A stretch of 64,000 nucleotides of DNA from Octopus sinensis (Eukaryota), in NCBI RefSeq assembly GCF_006345805.1, contig NC_043003.1, positions 95,852,001 through 95,916,000 of the forward strand, given 5' to 3'. Position numbers and translations under genes: made by a program. Below are positions 1-14,333 of this stretch, piece after piece. The notes under the pieces are model-generated. The model worked only from the letters and a program-made list of their open reading frames with translations, ran no database searches and was not told where the DNA came from. Each line of letters opens with the position of its first letter. The first letter of the stretch is position 1.

Positions 1-99
1 TCTCAGAGTCAGCTGTCAACCATTCACTCCTACTTCTATTCCAGTATCAGTCTTTAACAGCCATCTCATGTTAAGTCTCTTTTTCTCTCCTCAGTAACC

Positions 100-1000
100 A
101 TCTGCATGATTTTTGGAGTGCCAGATCTTATAGAAATCTGCTCTTGTTTCTCACTAGTGCTCACTTGCCTTTTGAGAAGTTCACTGAAAGTGTTATTTGA
201 TGTTTGCAAAAGCTTTGGTCATGCTGGATTTGAGAATGTCCTAGCTAAGCTGCCTATGTTGGAGTTCCAACAATATTCATATCTTGAATCTGAAGTTTCT
301 TGTTGGACTCAATGACCACAGCATGCTTTTACACACACTCCATCAACTCTCATTAACTACCTGATAACACAGATGTTATTAGCATTCAATCTAGAGACTT
401 CACATTAAACATGCATTGCCTGTATTAATAGGATCCTTTAAAATATTCTTCAATTGATATATAAGCTTATGCCTTTCAAAAGTACTAAGGCACCATCATT
501 GCATATTAAAGAAACAATCTTGTTTCCCATGCAAGCAAAATACTTCTATGTCATTACAATTGCTAGGCCTTACAATTACTGAGGATCTCTCCTGGGATTC
601 TCACATGAATAATTTTGTGGAAACAGCATTCAAAAGACTTCTTGTTTAAGGACAGAAATTACTTCAGCTCTCAACAGTTGCTAACTCTATACAAATCCCA
701 AGTAAAATGCACTGTAGAAAACTGTTCCTACATCTGGGATGGTGCTGCTGCTACACATATGTACAACTTGGACTGTATCCAGAGAAAGGCCACTTCATTG
801 ATTGGTATGTGCTTACCAATGTACTTTTACTTCTGGCAAACAGGCATTCTGTTTTCTTACTCTGATGTGGCCTTCTCATTGCTGGCTGGGCTTATGACTC
901 TCTACCCAAACTCACCTGACACATCTCTTCCCCATTTTGTAGATTCCACACTGATTATTCTGCTAACCCATCCCCTTCTCAAGGAATCATCCCTCTGGAG
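100..1000 (+). mobile_element. Degenerate non-LTR (CR1/Jockey-type) reverse transcriptase relic
   Basis: DVCKSFGHAGF..LAKLP and LTLYKSQVK..ENCSYIWDGAA..LDCIQRKATSLIG resemble RT and post-RT motifs; many stops and frameshifts. Confidence 0.7.
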
Positions 1001-1139
1001 TATGCTTCTCATCAATGTTTTCCCAATAGATGACAACTTATTGATGTTCTAACTGAATATGAATTTCATTGATCTGATTAATCTCTGGGAGTATATGAGG
1101 GTCATGGGCATTGTCCCTTTCTTCTGTGTGAGCCACGAA

Positions 1140-1850
1140 AATCAGATCACTTGAGTTAGATGAGATTGGAGACAATCTTTGCCAATAAGTGCCAGTTCAA
1201 TGTAGCCCCTCATGAAGATGAAGACCCTGGCAAAGAGAATTGACAGCTTCAATAGCAGAACCCTGAGAACATCAGATGATATCACATTGCCAATAAAAAG
1301 TTGCATGTGTACACACGTCAGCCCACAGCTTCCCATCTCATAGTTATTCAGCACATGTGCTGGTACAGACATGCCCTCCACCTCCTGCCAGATCATCCTA
1401 CCAAGGCCTTGCTTGCTTCATTCTCTTGCTTGATGGGGCTAGAGTCATCCCATGTTAGTGCTCCCAGAGGTATCATTGTGTGTAAAGCTAACCACGTCCA
1501 CCAGTGCTCCCCATTACTGGTGGTTCTATGCCAGCCCCTCTGTGTCCTCCAGGATGACATCAAGCCTCTGGAGAGTTTCCTTAATCATGTCCAATCATCT
1601 GAGGCCTGCCCTGGGGGCCTCTTCCAGCCCACAACTGCTGTGTTAAATGAGCATAAGGTCCTGGTAGGACAATATGACAAGAGGTGGAGAACATGTTTGC
1701 ACTGGATAACTATGAGGCTGTGGGCTGATGTGTGCATGCTTGCATTTTTTTTTATTGGCAGTTTGATGATACCTTCTGATGTTCTTGATGGTTTTTCAAG
1801 GTTCTGCTGTTCACGAGCAGCCACATTTCTGATCCATTGAGGAGAATGGA
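1140..1850 (+). mobile_element. Degenerate RTE-like LINE fragment
   Basis: ..CWYRHALHLLPDHPTKALL resembles the RTE LRWxGHVxRxPDxRxPK motif; broken frames. Confidence 0.55.
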
Positions 1851-2067
1851 GAGGACAGACGCATTGTAGAAGCAGAATTTTGTCTTCTGTGAGATAGAGC
1901 AGTTGTAACCAAAGGAGTATGTGGAAAAAGATTATGCCGTTTAGATAAGGCTCTTCATCTAAGAAAAATGAGTGATGAATGTTTTTAATTGTAGAACCCT
2001 ATTGTTCTTGTACATATGGTGATTGTGCAAAACGTTTCTACTGACAACATTGAATTTTCATCTAACT

Positions 2068-2418
2068 CAGTGGTTCTCATCCAAGGTCCATATGGACCCT
2101 CAGGGGCCGTATAAAATTTTTGAAGGTCCATGTAGCAAAATTGTAAATTGGAGATCCAAAATAATATTTTAAGGGCCCCTGAAAATATTTTGCTTTCAAT
2201 GTATATATTGATATGTATTGCAAGAAACAGCTAGGTTTCTTTCTCTAACATTTTACATAGTTCAACCTACACAAGTTAATGTGTGTAAAACAAAATAAGA
2301 ATTTTGAAAGAAGTTTCTATGAAACTAGTTTCTAAATATCAAATGCCTATGGGGGTCCACCAGAATAAATCAGTAGTCAAAGGGGTCCATAGATAAAAAA
2401 AATGGTTGAGTATCCCTG
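2068..2418. mobile_element. hAT (Charlie-like) MITE
   Basis: Ends CAGTGGTTCTCATCC / GGTTGAGTATCCCTG; 8-bp TSD atctaact/gtctaact. Confidence 0.8.
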
Positions 2419-3512
2419 GTCTAACTATACCAACTATTTTCACTACTCTGTGAGCTGAGGGACGTGTCTGTGCAATCATTCAACTTGCTTGAAAATAACA
2501 GCCAAATCCATCTCAAATGCTACCCACTCTTGTCTTAAAATAGGATACATTGAGAACATTGTCGTGTATTCAGTGCCTACAAAAGAACAGAATGGTCATA
2601 ATCAGAACATCATTCTCTAACATGGCACACCAAGATATTTTATTTTCACTTGTTAAACCACTGAAGGAATTTCTATGTAATTTTCCAACTTGCTGAATGT
2701 GATTGCAACTAAATTTTTGGCAAACTCCCTAAAGTTCATAAAATAGGGACAGTATGTTTTTAAATAACTGCATCTTTTCTACATGAATGTATCCACACAC
2801 GCACACACACACACACACACATACATTTATTTTATGGGTGTGTTCCTCATGACATTAGCACTAGAAAGGTAGCCATGTCCTTGACATAACTAAAGAGCTT
2901 TCCATGTCTCTGCTTCTTTGCCATCACCTTTACAGAATGAAAGACAAGAATGATAAATGTATGAGTGATAGGCAAGATGAGTATTCTGAGGCAGGAACTC
3001 AAAGGTATTCATAAGCAGTGTTCTAGTATAGAAAAACCACAGGGTTATGCTATTAGTAGGAGAGGTTAGGAAGGTGAAAGAGGAGAGTGAAGTATTGTAT
3101 CTGAATAAAACAAGGGTCACTAGGCTAAATTATAAGAAGTCAAAAGTTCTTATGAATAAGTTAGGAGAAAATGAAGATTTTAAAAGCTTACATAAACTTC
3201 AAAAAATCGTTGAAGTGTTTAGGGTAATACAGAAAATACCAAAAAGTTTCAAAAATTCTCTATGAATCTCAGAAATTTTCTGCATTGTCCCAAAAACTTT
3301 TTTCCAGTACACTCAACCTTCATTCTTATCTCCTGTACTACGTATCACTCCAATTCACTGTTTGCCATCATCTCGTTCCTTTTATTGTATGCAATCTGGG
3401 TCTCTTTGTTTCGCTCCATCTCTTAGGTCATATTGCATTCAGTCATTGCCCCTTCTTCAAAGCCACACTGCTATGATAATCTGCTGGTGTATCTCAGGTA
3501 GTGTAGTTATGG

Positions 3513-4003
3513 TCTTTCAGGGTCGATTAAATAAGTACCAGTTACACACTGGGGTCGATATAATCGACTTAATCCATTTGTCTGTCCTTGTTTGTCCTCT
3601 CTGTGTTTAGCCCCTTGTCGATAGTAAAGAAATAGGTATTTCGTCTGCCACTACGTTCTGTGTTCAAATTCCGCTGGGGTTGACTTTGCCTTTCATCCTT
3701 TCAGGATCGATTAAATAAGTACCAGTTACGCACTGGGGTCGATATGTAATCGACTTAATCCGTTTGTCTGTCCTTGTTTGTCCTCTCTGTGTTTAGCCCC
3801 TTCTCAGTAGTAAAGAAATAGGTATTTCGTCTGCCACTACGTTCTGTGTTCAAATTCTGCTGAGGTCGACTTTGCCTTTCATCTTTTCGGGGTCGATTAA
3901 ATAAGTACCAGTTACGCACTGGGGGCAATACAATTGACTTAATCCGTTTGTCTGTCCTTGTTTGTCCCCTCTGTGTTTAGCCCCTTGTGGGCAGTAAAGA
4001 AAT
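3513..4003 (+). repeat. Tandem triplication of SINE family B (186-bp period)
   Basis: Tail aaagaaatag is joined to the internal gtatttcgtctgcc at 3636 and 3822. Confidence 0.85.
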
Positions 4004-4636
4004 AAGAAAAATCTACCTTAACAAACTCTGTATGACCCATGGAAATATAGGAAGGTGGACATTAAAACAATGATGATTATGATGATGTTTTTTTCTTTCC
4101 ATGCTTTAGTGAACTATGCTAATGCACGACCAGATAGTTTTAAGTATCTAACATTTTTGACACTATTTATGATGTATGTATAAATCATCATCATCATCAT
4201 CATCATGATGTATGTATGAATGTCTCTTGTAAATAAGTGTTGTTGTTGTTACCTTATTCCTTAGTTTTCAAGCAGTGTGTCTAGTACAAGTCAGCATGAT
4301 GTAGCTGCAGCTCTTTTCCAGATTATTGGTTTCACAGTTGGAAATGATATGGCTCAGTAGAGAGTCAGTCATGTAACACACACTGAGTTCACTGGGGCCA
4401 TATCACTACTTTAAAGTGCTTGTACAAACATACTGTTACCCAAACAGTTATTTTATGCCAGCAGCAGTGTGTTAAGAAGTTTGCTTCCCAACCATATGGT
4501 TCTGTGTTCAGTCCCACTGCATGGCACCTTGGGCAAGTGTCTTCCACTACAGCCCCAGGCCAACCAAAGTCTTGTGAGTGGGTTAGTAGATGGAAACTGA
4601 AAGAAGCTTGAGTGTGTGTGTATAAATATATATATA

Positions 4637-4832
4637 GTAAATCCAAAAAAGAAAGCACAAAAAAAACACAACGCGAGGACGTGGAACAAATATAGTATTA
4701 TTGGACGTTCAGGAAAGAAGGAGGGTTTAACGTTTTGAGCGGAGCTCTTCGTCGGAAACATAGGAGAAGGAAAGATCCAGAGAAGGGAAGACAGAGGAAA
4801 AAAAAAATTGCCAACAGTACACACGAGGTCAC
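4637..4832 (-). mobile_element. Penelope-like terminal fragment with degenerate minimal HHR
   Basis: Minus strand GTTT-CCGACGA-A-GAGC tcc GCTC-AAAAC-GTT-AAAC at 4725-4759; abuts (TA)n. Confidence 0.5.
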
Positions 4833-6879
4833 TACTTGTTTCAGTCATTTGACTGCAGCCATGCTGGAGCACCGCCTTTAGTTGAGCAAATCGACCCCAG
4901 GACTTATTCTTTGGAAGCCTAGTATTTATTCTATCGGTCTTTTGCTGAACCGCTAAGTTGTGGGGGACAAACATATACACACACATACATATACATACAT
5001 ATGACGGGCTTCTTTCAGTTTCTGTCCACCAAATCCATTCACAAGGCTTTGGTCGGCCTGAGGCTATAGTAGAAAACACTTGCCCAAGTGGGAATGAACC
5101 CGGAACCATGTGGTTGGTAAGCAAGCTACTTACCACACAGCCACTGAAAGAGAACTAACAATGTGTAATGGGAAGTTAACATTTTAAGGCCCGTAAGAAG
5201 AAGAGAATGGTATGTGTGTGTCTGTATGTTTTGTCTCGTTGTTTTGACATTTTGTGCTAGTTGTAAAATGATTGTCACTGTCATACAGGCAGTATCATTC
5301 ATTTCCAGTGATCTATGTAAACATATCCAACCATGAGAAATTATGGACCTTGCTTTAAAACAGGTGACAGGAAGGGCATCTGGCCATAGAAAAATCTATT
5401 TCAATAAACTCCATCAGACCCATGCAAGCATGGGAAATTGGACAATGAAATTATGATGACCAGCAACTTCGGACATATTTAGATTAGCATTTATATATAT
5501 TCTTTTCTACTCTTGGCACAAGGCCTGAAATTTTTGGGGAGGGGGCCCAGTCGATTTGATCAACCCCAGTATACAACTGGTACTTAATTTATCGACCCCA
5601 AAAGGATGAAAGGCAAAGTCGACCCTGGCGGAATTTGAACTCAGAATGTGAAAACAGATGAAATACCACTAAGCATTTCGCCCGATGTGCTAATATTTCT
5701 GCCAGCTCACCGCCTTAGCATTTATATATAATAAGAAGATAATGATATTCAAATTTGCCTTGTTATAAAGTTTACCTTATCCCATTTCAGTATCTTTTTT
5801 TTAACTACTATCTTCTGGAAATAATAATTCTAGTTTTACTGTGAGGTCACTTTGTTTCTTTCATTTCTTTTTACGTCTATTTTTCAATGCCGGCATGGGT
5901 TAGATGGGTATGTTATTGTGGCATTGTTTTACAGTTGGATGCCCATGTTCAAGTAAAGGATCTCTTATTCTGCAGAGTTTCAAAGCATGAAGCGAGAATG
6001 CAATTTATGATATGAGAAATGTGAACAAGAACACTACATAAATATCATGACTTATGAATGAGTGATCTCTGATGTAAACAAATACATGGAACCTCCAACA
6101 CTACTCTCTCTCTCTCTCTCTCTCACACACATGTATGATGAACTTCTTTTTTAGTCTCCATCTACCAAATGCACTCATAAAGCTTTGGTCAGCCTGAAGC
6201 TCTCATAGAAGACGCTTGCTTGAGGTGCTGCATAGTGGGACCGAACCTGAAACTACAAGGTTTGGAAGTGAACTTCTTAACCACAAAACCATGCCTGCAC
6301 TTGTACACAGTTAGACTTGTGCACTTCATGTATGCAATTTGTTTCAAGAATATAGAATATGAATGGAGTGATGTTGCTGTCACCATCTTTTCGTGTTGTA
6401 TCATGCTGGTTGATTAAGTTTTGATTTGCTTAGCTAATTATGTTCATTTGTGTACGATTTTAGTATCTACTTTAATCCAAGATTTCCATTCATTAATCAT
6501 CAGCCACTTATTTCTGTGATCTCACTGTGCAGGCTGTCAGTTACTCATAAAATGTATTTTGTATGATGATAATGATGATAAAGTATATTTTGCATTCAGT
6601 CATATCAAATCTACTCTGGTATTGTGCTGATAGATCTGGTTGAATCATGACCCTAGCATAACCCATTTGTTACCATATTTCTATTGAAATACACTTTGTT
6701 TATTTCAGTTCATTTTAAAAATAATAAAGCATTTATTAAGTGCTGGTGGCATGTGTAAAAATATTTGAGCGAGGTCGTTGCTAGTACCGCCTGACTGGCC
6801 CCCGTGCCGGTGGCACGTAAAAAGCACCCACTACACTCTCGGAGTGGTTGGCGTTAGATAAGATCCGGGCTACATATGT

Positions 6880-7790
6880 TTCACGAGGGCCAGTCAGGCG
6901 ATACTGGCAACGGCCATGCTCAAATGGTGTTTTTTACGTGTCACTTGCACAGGAGCCAGTCCAGCGGCACTGGCAACGACCTTGCTTGAATGTTTTTTGT
7001 GTGCCACCGGCACAAGTGCCTGTAAGGTGATGCTGGTAACGATCATGCTCGAATGGTACTTTTTACGTGCCATCGGCATGGGGGCCAGTCAGCGACCCTG
7101 GCAACGGTCATGCGATGCTGTCATTGAATTTGATTTCGATTTCACTTGCCTCAGCAGGTCTTTGCAAGCAGAGTTTAGTGTCCAATGAAGGAAAGGTATG
7201 CATAAGTGGGCTGGTTACACCTCTGACATAGGTCACAAGGCTATGGTCTCACTTGGCTTGCCAGGTCTTCTCAAGCACAGCATATTTCCAAAGGTCTTGG
7301 TCACTAGTCATTGCCTTGGTGAGGCCTAATGTTCGAAGGTCGTGCTTCACCACCTCATCCCAGGTCTTCCTGGGTCTACCTCTTCTACAGGTTCCCTCAA
7401 CCGCTAGGGTGTGACACTTTTCACCCAGATATCCTCATTCATTCGCACCACATGATCATTCCAGCACAGTTGTCTCTCTTGCACATCACATCTAATGCTT
7501 CTTAGGTCCAACTTTTCTCTGAAGGTACTTACACTCTGTCGAGTATGCACACTGACATTACACATCCAGTGGAGCATACTGGCTTCATTCCTTGCAAGCT
7601 TATGCATGTCCTCAGCAGTCACGGCCCATGTTTCACTGCCATGTAGCATGGCTGTTTGTACACATGCGTCATTCAGTCTACCTTTTACTCTGAGCAAGAG
7701 GCCCTTTGTCACCAGCAGAGGTAGGAGCTCTCTGAACTTTGCCCAGACTATTCTTATTCTAGCAGCTACACTTTCAGAGCACCCACCCCT
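6880..7790 (-). mobile_element. RTE-clade LINE 3' end (RT C-terminus plus 3' UTR with hairpin repeat array)
   Basis: ORF 7404-7712 KGRLNDACVQTAMLHGSETWAV..LARNEASMLHWMCNV..HVVRM is typical RTE; it continues into the GTGCCGGTGGCACGTAAAAAGCAC-type array. Confidence 0.85.
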
Positions 7791-8219
7791 GCTACTGACT
7801 TGTTCACCTAGGTAATGGAAGCTATCAACTTAGTTAATAAATCGTATGGTATACACCTGATAGTTTGTTGGTAAAGCATCTTTACTAGCTCAGATGGGTT
7901 GAAACAATTGTAGTGATCAATAAAGATTCTTGTATCTTCCATATTCCATCTCTCTCATTAATCAAATATATATCATCATCATCGTCGTCATCATTTAACA
8001 TCCATTGTCCATATGAGTTGGACAGTTTGACCAGAGTTGACAAACTGGAAGGCTGCACCAGACTCCAGTCTGATTTGACATGGTTTCTATGGGTGAATGC
8101 CCTTCCTAATGCCAACCACTCCAAGAGTGTAATGGGTGCTTTTATGTGCCACTGACACAGGTGCCATTTGTGTGACACCAGTTTCTGCCACAAATGCGAT
8201 TTTACTTGGATTGATGGGT

Positions 8220-8266
<47 letters not shown>

Positions 8267-8606
8267 CAGCAAGCATCTTTCAGTGGGAGACACTTGCCCA
8301 ACATGCTATGCAATGGGACTATGTGAATGGGTAGCGAACTTAATCTCATGACCATGCTTTCATCTAATATCACAAATCATTTTGTGTGATTCTCTACACA
8401 TTCATGCAATTCCTCACTATTCTCCAAATAAATAAAAAGACTAATAATTTTGGGGAAAATCCATTAAGTTTCGAGATAATTTTTGTATTATATATTCAAA
8501 TTGTTATTCAAACATCTTAAATATGTTTAAAATATTCAGTGTATTTACTGAATATTTCTTAAACTATTTGGGTATAAAATGATATGATATTCACTTTTTA
8601 TCTTAG

Positions 8607-8667
8607 GAAAGTCTATCTTCATTTCAAGATTGAAATGAACCATGTGACAGATCCTATCCAGAAAAAG
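8607..8667 (+). CDS. SASS6: SAS-6 coding exon (probable exon 2), (R)[20 protein letters not shown]
   Basis: tcttag|G AAA GTC...AAA AAG|gtaaat; 61 nt; first base completes a split codon, ends phase 0. Confidence 0.85.
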
Positions 8668-10705
8668 GTAAATTAATAATTTTTTTTTTTAATTTGCATT
8701 TTCTTTGATGATAAATCATAATTCTTGTAAGAGCATTGCATTTATTCAGTTTTAAGTAAATGATTCTTTTCTTTTTCCTGTTTCTCTGAAAAATTAGTTC
8801 TCTTTGGATGTAATTGGGTGCAAAAAAAAAAAGAAAGAAAAAAATCATTATCAATGCTTATTTGTATTAGTTTTAGTTATAGGACTTTAGATCTATATAA
8901 TCTGTATAAAGAAAAGTAACGCTTACGATGATTGAAATAAGTATTAAATTTAATAACAAATTTTTTGAAATGATTCATCAACATTCTATGTTTGTTATTA
9001 ATCCTTTTGTTACCATAATTCTGTTGAAATACTCTGCATTTGTTTTAGTTAATTTTGAAATAATAACATCATCATCATCCTTTAAGGTCCGTTTCTTTGC
9101 TGGAATGAGTTGGATAGTTTGACCAGGGCTGGCAAGCAGACAAGCTGCACCAGGTTCAAGTCTGAGTTGGCTTGGTTTCTACCGCTGGATGTCCTTTCTA
9201 ATACCTATTTCTTTATTACCCACAAGGGGCTAAACACAGAGAGGACAAACAAGGACAGACATAGGTATTAAGTCAATTACATCGACCCCAGTGCGTAACT
9301 GGTACTTAATTTATCGACCCCGAAAGGATGAAAGGCAAAGTCGACCTCGGCGGAATTTGAACTCACAACGTAACGCAGATGAAATACCGCTAAGCATTTC
9401 GCCCGGCGTGCTAACGTTTCTGCCAGCTCGCCCTTTCTAATACCAACCACATTACAGAGTGCATTGGGTACTTTTTATATGGCACTGGCATGGGTGCTTT
9501 TACATGGTACCAGCACAGGGCTCTTGAAGACCAATCCTCTTTAGCAGGTGGAGCAGCATTAGTACTTCTCCTGTGGAGGACAGATCTTCCTGAGTACAGC
9601 AAAGTGCCAGATAGCTTGGTACTTTTAGTAAAACAAATTTGTGATTATTAAGCTGATGTTGGAGCATAAATTAATATGAAAATTTGATGGCAGGTTTTAA
9701 TTTAGTTCCCTTTAAAGCAAGAAGTTTGTATCTTTGAACCAGGGGCAGAGTTGGTATTGAAAGGTTTAAACATGGTATGAAGCTGATGATTGGCAGAATC
9801 AGTTCAGCACTGGACAAAATATCCTACATATCTTATTTAATTCCTTCTATATGAGTTCAAATCATGCCAAGGCTGGCTTTGTTTTTCATCTGTCTGAGTT
9901 AGATAAAATATGTAATTGTGAAATCCATCCAAAATTTGTGGCTTTTGTTTCCGTTTTAGCAGTCAATACACCTGATGACTCCATATGTTGTTACAGGGTG
10001 GTAGATCTGCAGAGAATAGCTATAAACTATGTTTTTAATTTTGTGATCACACATTGTGAATTTTTTGATTTTTTGATTTTTGTAAGGAAGGACTTCTGTT
10101 GATTGAATAAACTCCAATATATTACTGTAAAGTAGCATTAGAGAATCATTTTAATATCAGGGGTGAAATGCAAATACATAAGAACCTATGGGAGACGTTT
10201 CTGAGCTAAAAAACCCCAAATAAAACTGAATCTTTAATTTTACAAAATCATAGTGGTGCACCTTATATAAAATTACTGTTTGGGTTTTAAGAAATTTCAT
10301 AACAAAAGAGTCAGCGTATTTTATCGTTTTTTTTCCCCCTTTTTATTTCAGGAACTGGTGATTCGGCTAACAGATGAGAAAGACTTGTTCTTTCTCTACA
10401 CTCTTCATTTAGGTGAAGAAGATTTCCAATGGTGAATAAATTTCTTCTTTCTCAATTTCATGTTTTTACCATTCTAACTGGCCTAATTCTGATACCAACT
10501 AAGACAGTGATTTTTGTTCAAATTGGCTGGGGTTTTTTTCAGCGATACAGGTGTGGCTGTGTGGTAAGTACTTTACTTCCCAACCACATGGTTCCAAGTT
10601 CAGTCTTACTGTGTGCCAACTTGGGCAAATGCTTTCAACTATAGCCCCGGGCTGATCAAAACCTTGTGAATAGATTTGGTAGATAGAAACTGAAAAGAAG
10701 CTTAT

Positions 10706-10738
<33 letters not shown>

Positions 10739-12218
10739 TTGTGTTGTCCCTCACCGACTACATGACAACTGATATTGGTTTGTTTATGTCCTCTAACCGT
10801 TCAAAGTGATGCCCCAGTATGTTTGCAGTCCAGTGACCGAAACAAGTAAAAGATGAAAGATACCAAATCCTGTTGACATGTAAACTTGGTACGAACTAGT
10901 TAGGTCTATCTTGTTACTTTTGGGACCAAACCGAATGTAGAAGAAAAGCACTTAAGTGATGGTGTGAGGAAGAAAATTGTGGTCTAAAATTAAGGCTATG
11001 TGTATACAGGCGAAGTAGTTATGTGTATAGGCGCAGAAGCGGCTGTGTGGTAAGTAGCTTGCTAACCAACCACATGGTTCCGGGTTCAGTCCCACTGTGT
11101 GGCATCTTGGGCAAGTGTCTTCTGCTATAGTCCCGGGCCGACCAATGCCTTGTGAGTGGATTTGGTAGACAGAAACTGAAAGAAGCCTGTCGTATATATG
11201 TATATATATGTGTGTGTGTGTGTGTGCGCGTGTTTGTGTGTCTGTGTTTGTCCCCCTAGCATTGCTTGACAACCGATGCTGGTGTGTTTATGTCCCCATC
11301 ACTTAGTGGTTCGGAAAAAGAGACTGATAGAATAAGTACTAGGCTTACAAAGAATAAGTCCCGGGGTTGATTTGCTCGACTTAAGGCGGTACTCCAGCAT
11401 GGCCGCAGTCAAATGACTGAAACAAGTAAAAGAGTAAAGAGAGAGAGGGTTGAGTTGAGAATGTATGAAACAATTGACCCTTGTGTTATGAGTTCATACT
11501 CTGTTGTAGATGGTGGTGTTTAGCCATAGATTAGCCCAGATTACATTGATCAAAGTGTTCTAGCTGTGACCTACATCAAGATTATCCAATAACATGATTA
11601 TCCAATATGTCACCTACAACAAAATTACCCAATATGTCCCCTTTATGAAGACTATGGACTGAAGGAGATTTGGGTGCTATTTCTAACAGAGTAAGTGACC
11701 AGACAAGGACTCTCTTGTTTGCTTCCGCTATTGGTGTATTGTTTTGCGTCTTTTGTACCTGGCAATTAATTGTACTTGCTTCATTTTACCCTAACTAGAG
11801 GATATGTGTCATTTTAATAAAACTAGAAAATAAATTAAAAAATAAGGGTAGAAATTAATATTATTGAAGAATACCAATTTGAGCCGGTGGTCAGCAAATG
11901 ATCTCTCATCTTATTTATATAGAAAAATATATATTTTTTTTAATTGATAAAATTGGATTGTTTTAGATACACTTTTCCATGCTTTCATGGGTCACTCAGA
12001 CTTTTTGGAGGGGGATTTTGTACGGCTGGATGCCTTTCCTTTCACCAACACTCACCTGTTTTCAAGCAAGGTAATATTTTGCCATGCTATAGTCAGACAG
12101 TGTTATCACAGAAGACTGGAAATAAACAACCTTGTTTGTATGACAGTGATGTTTGTTTACAACCATCACATGATATTAAAACAAGGGTACCCATAAACAC
12201 ACACAGACAGACATAGAT

Positions 12219-12257
<39 letters not shown>

Positions 12258-14301
12258 TACATGCACACACATACATGCACGCACACACACACACACGATG
12301 GGTTTCTTTCAGTTTCTTATTTCTTTATTACCCACAAGGGGCTAAACACAGAGGGGACAAACAAGGACAGACAAAGGGATTAAGTCGATTACATTGACCC
12401 CAGTGTGTAACTGGTACTTTATTTATCGACCCCTAAAGGATGAAAGGCAAAGTCAACCTCGATGGAATTTGAACTCAGAACGTAATGGCAGATGAAATAC
12501 TACTAAGCATTTCGCCCAGCACGCTAACTTTTCTGCCAGCTCGCCGCCTTTCAGTTTCTGTCTACCAATCTACCAAATCTACTTATAAGGTTGACCCAAG
12601 GCAAGGGTGCCACATAGTGGGATTGAACCTGAGACCATATGGTTGGAAAGCAAGCTTCTTAAACCACAGAGCCACACCTGCATGTATAAATCAGAAGTGA
12701 AAACCAGGGAATTTAAAAGATGCTAAGTGTAGTAGCCTTGTCCAGCACAGCAGGATTATCTGTTAGACTGGCTACAGTGAATTAAGCCTGTAAATGTATT
12801 GATTATTGTTTAAGAGCAAATGGAATGAGCTATATAAGGATTAACCATTACAAAAGAATCAAGAAGTTCAAGATTTTTTTTTTTTTTGGAAGTGGTAAAA
12901 TTTAAGATTAGCACTTAAAGACCAGGTAATAATCTATAGCAAAAATCTGTGGTGAGTTTTGTATAATCATGAGTTATCAGTTTGTCAGTACTGTAGCTGT
13001 TTAATCCTTTAACATTCAAAATACTCTCCCAGATGTAATGTTTATTTATTCACACTGTTGTTTTGAATTAATCATGCATTGTCATGTAGCTTTGGAATTT
13101 TGATGGTGTGATTATTTATTCTTAGAGTGACATTTTATTTTTGTTTCTCACCTATCTCTCGATACTGTGTTAAAACTCCCTACAGTGTTATTTATCAATG
13201 ATTTATGGTCAAAAAATGTCACACATGATTAGACTAATTCATTGTATTTGGCTAAGATAGATGCAGTATAGTTGTAGTGGTGGTAGGTGGCGGCGGTGAT
13301 AGTAGTAGTAGTCCCACCACCACCACCATCACTGTTACCACATATACTAATAAACTGAGGTGACTGAGGACAGTAGTGTGGATTATGTCTTAGTATACTG
13401 TACCTTTGTAAGCTTGGTGCTCTAGTTTTGGCGGTTATGAGTTAAGTGTATTTTTCGGAGAGAGGGTACAGGGTATTGTTTGTTATTGACCTTATTAATT
13501 CTCCTGAAGATCTTTGAATACCTTAGCCAAAAAATGAAAAAGAAGAAAGAATGAAACCTGGTAAATTATCTGATGATGCTGGGAACTATTCACTTTGTTT
13601 TTTCATTTGATTTGTTATTTAACTGGATTATGTGTGGTGAGGCATTATTTTTTTTAATGATATTTCTTAGAAGTAAAGACTTCTTCTCTCTGCTATAAAG
13701 ACATTGATTAGTCCTCGCGCAAACTTCCTTTCATACAAATAAATCTCTCTCTTTATATTCATCATCATCATCGTTTAGCGTCCGCTTTCCATGCTAGCAT
13801 GGGTTGGACGGTTCAACTGGGGTCTGTGAAACCAGAAGGCTGCACCAGGCCCAGTCTGATCTGGCAGAGTTTCTACGGCTGGATGCCCTTCCTAATGCCA
13901 ACCACTCTGAGTGTAGTGGGTGCTTTTTACGTGCATACATTTCAGCTGATGAGTGATTCTTGGTCTTTGAGTCTTATCATCAATCTTTTATCCATAAGAT
14001 TACTACCCCATGGTTCTCTGTTCAGTCCTATTGCGATGCACCTTGAGCAAGTCACTTCTACTATAACCTCTGGCCGACCAGTGCCTTGTGAGTGAATTTG
14101 GTAGATGGAAAGTGAAAGAAGCCCCTCGTATATATATATTCCACACAGGAAGGGTATCCAGCCTTAGAAACGAAGCTGAAATAGACTATGGAATCTGGAG
14201 CAGCCCTATGTGTATATGAAATCTCTCAGCACTCATCATTAAGCTGTTCCATTATTTCTTGATTCACACACATACATACAACAAATTATAAGCTTTATAT
14301 A

Positions 14302-14333
<32 letters not shown>

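Noticed and set aside
2890-3265. Small host gene from overlapping 72-76 aa ORFs
   Set aside because: No recognisable domain or splice support; likely decayed repeat.
5169-5209. SAS-6 exon 1 candidate ending ..GAA TG|gtatgt
   Set aside because: In-frame stop immediately upstream, no ATG, no SAS-6-like sequence; exon 1 is probably outside the window.
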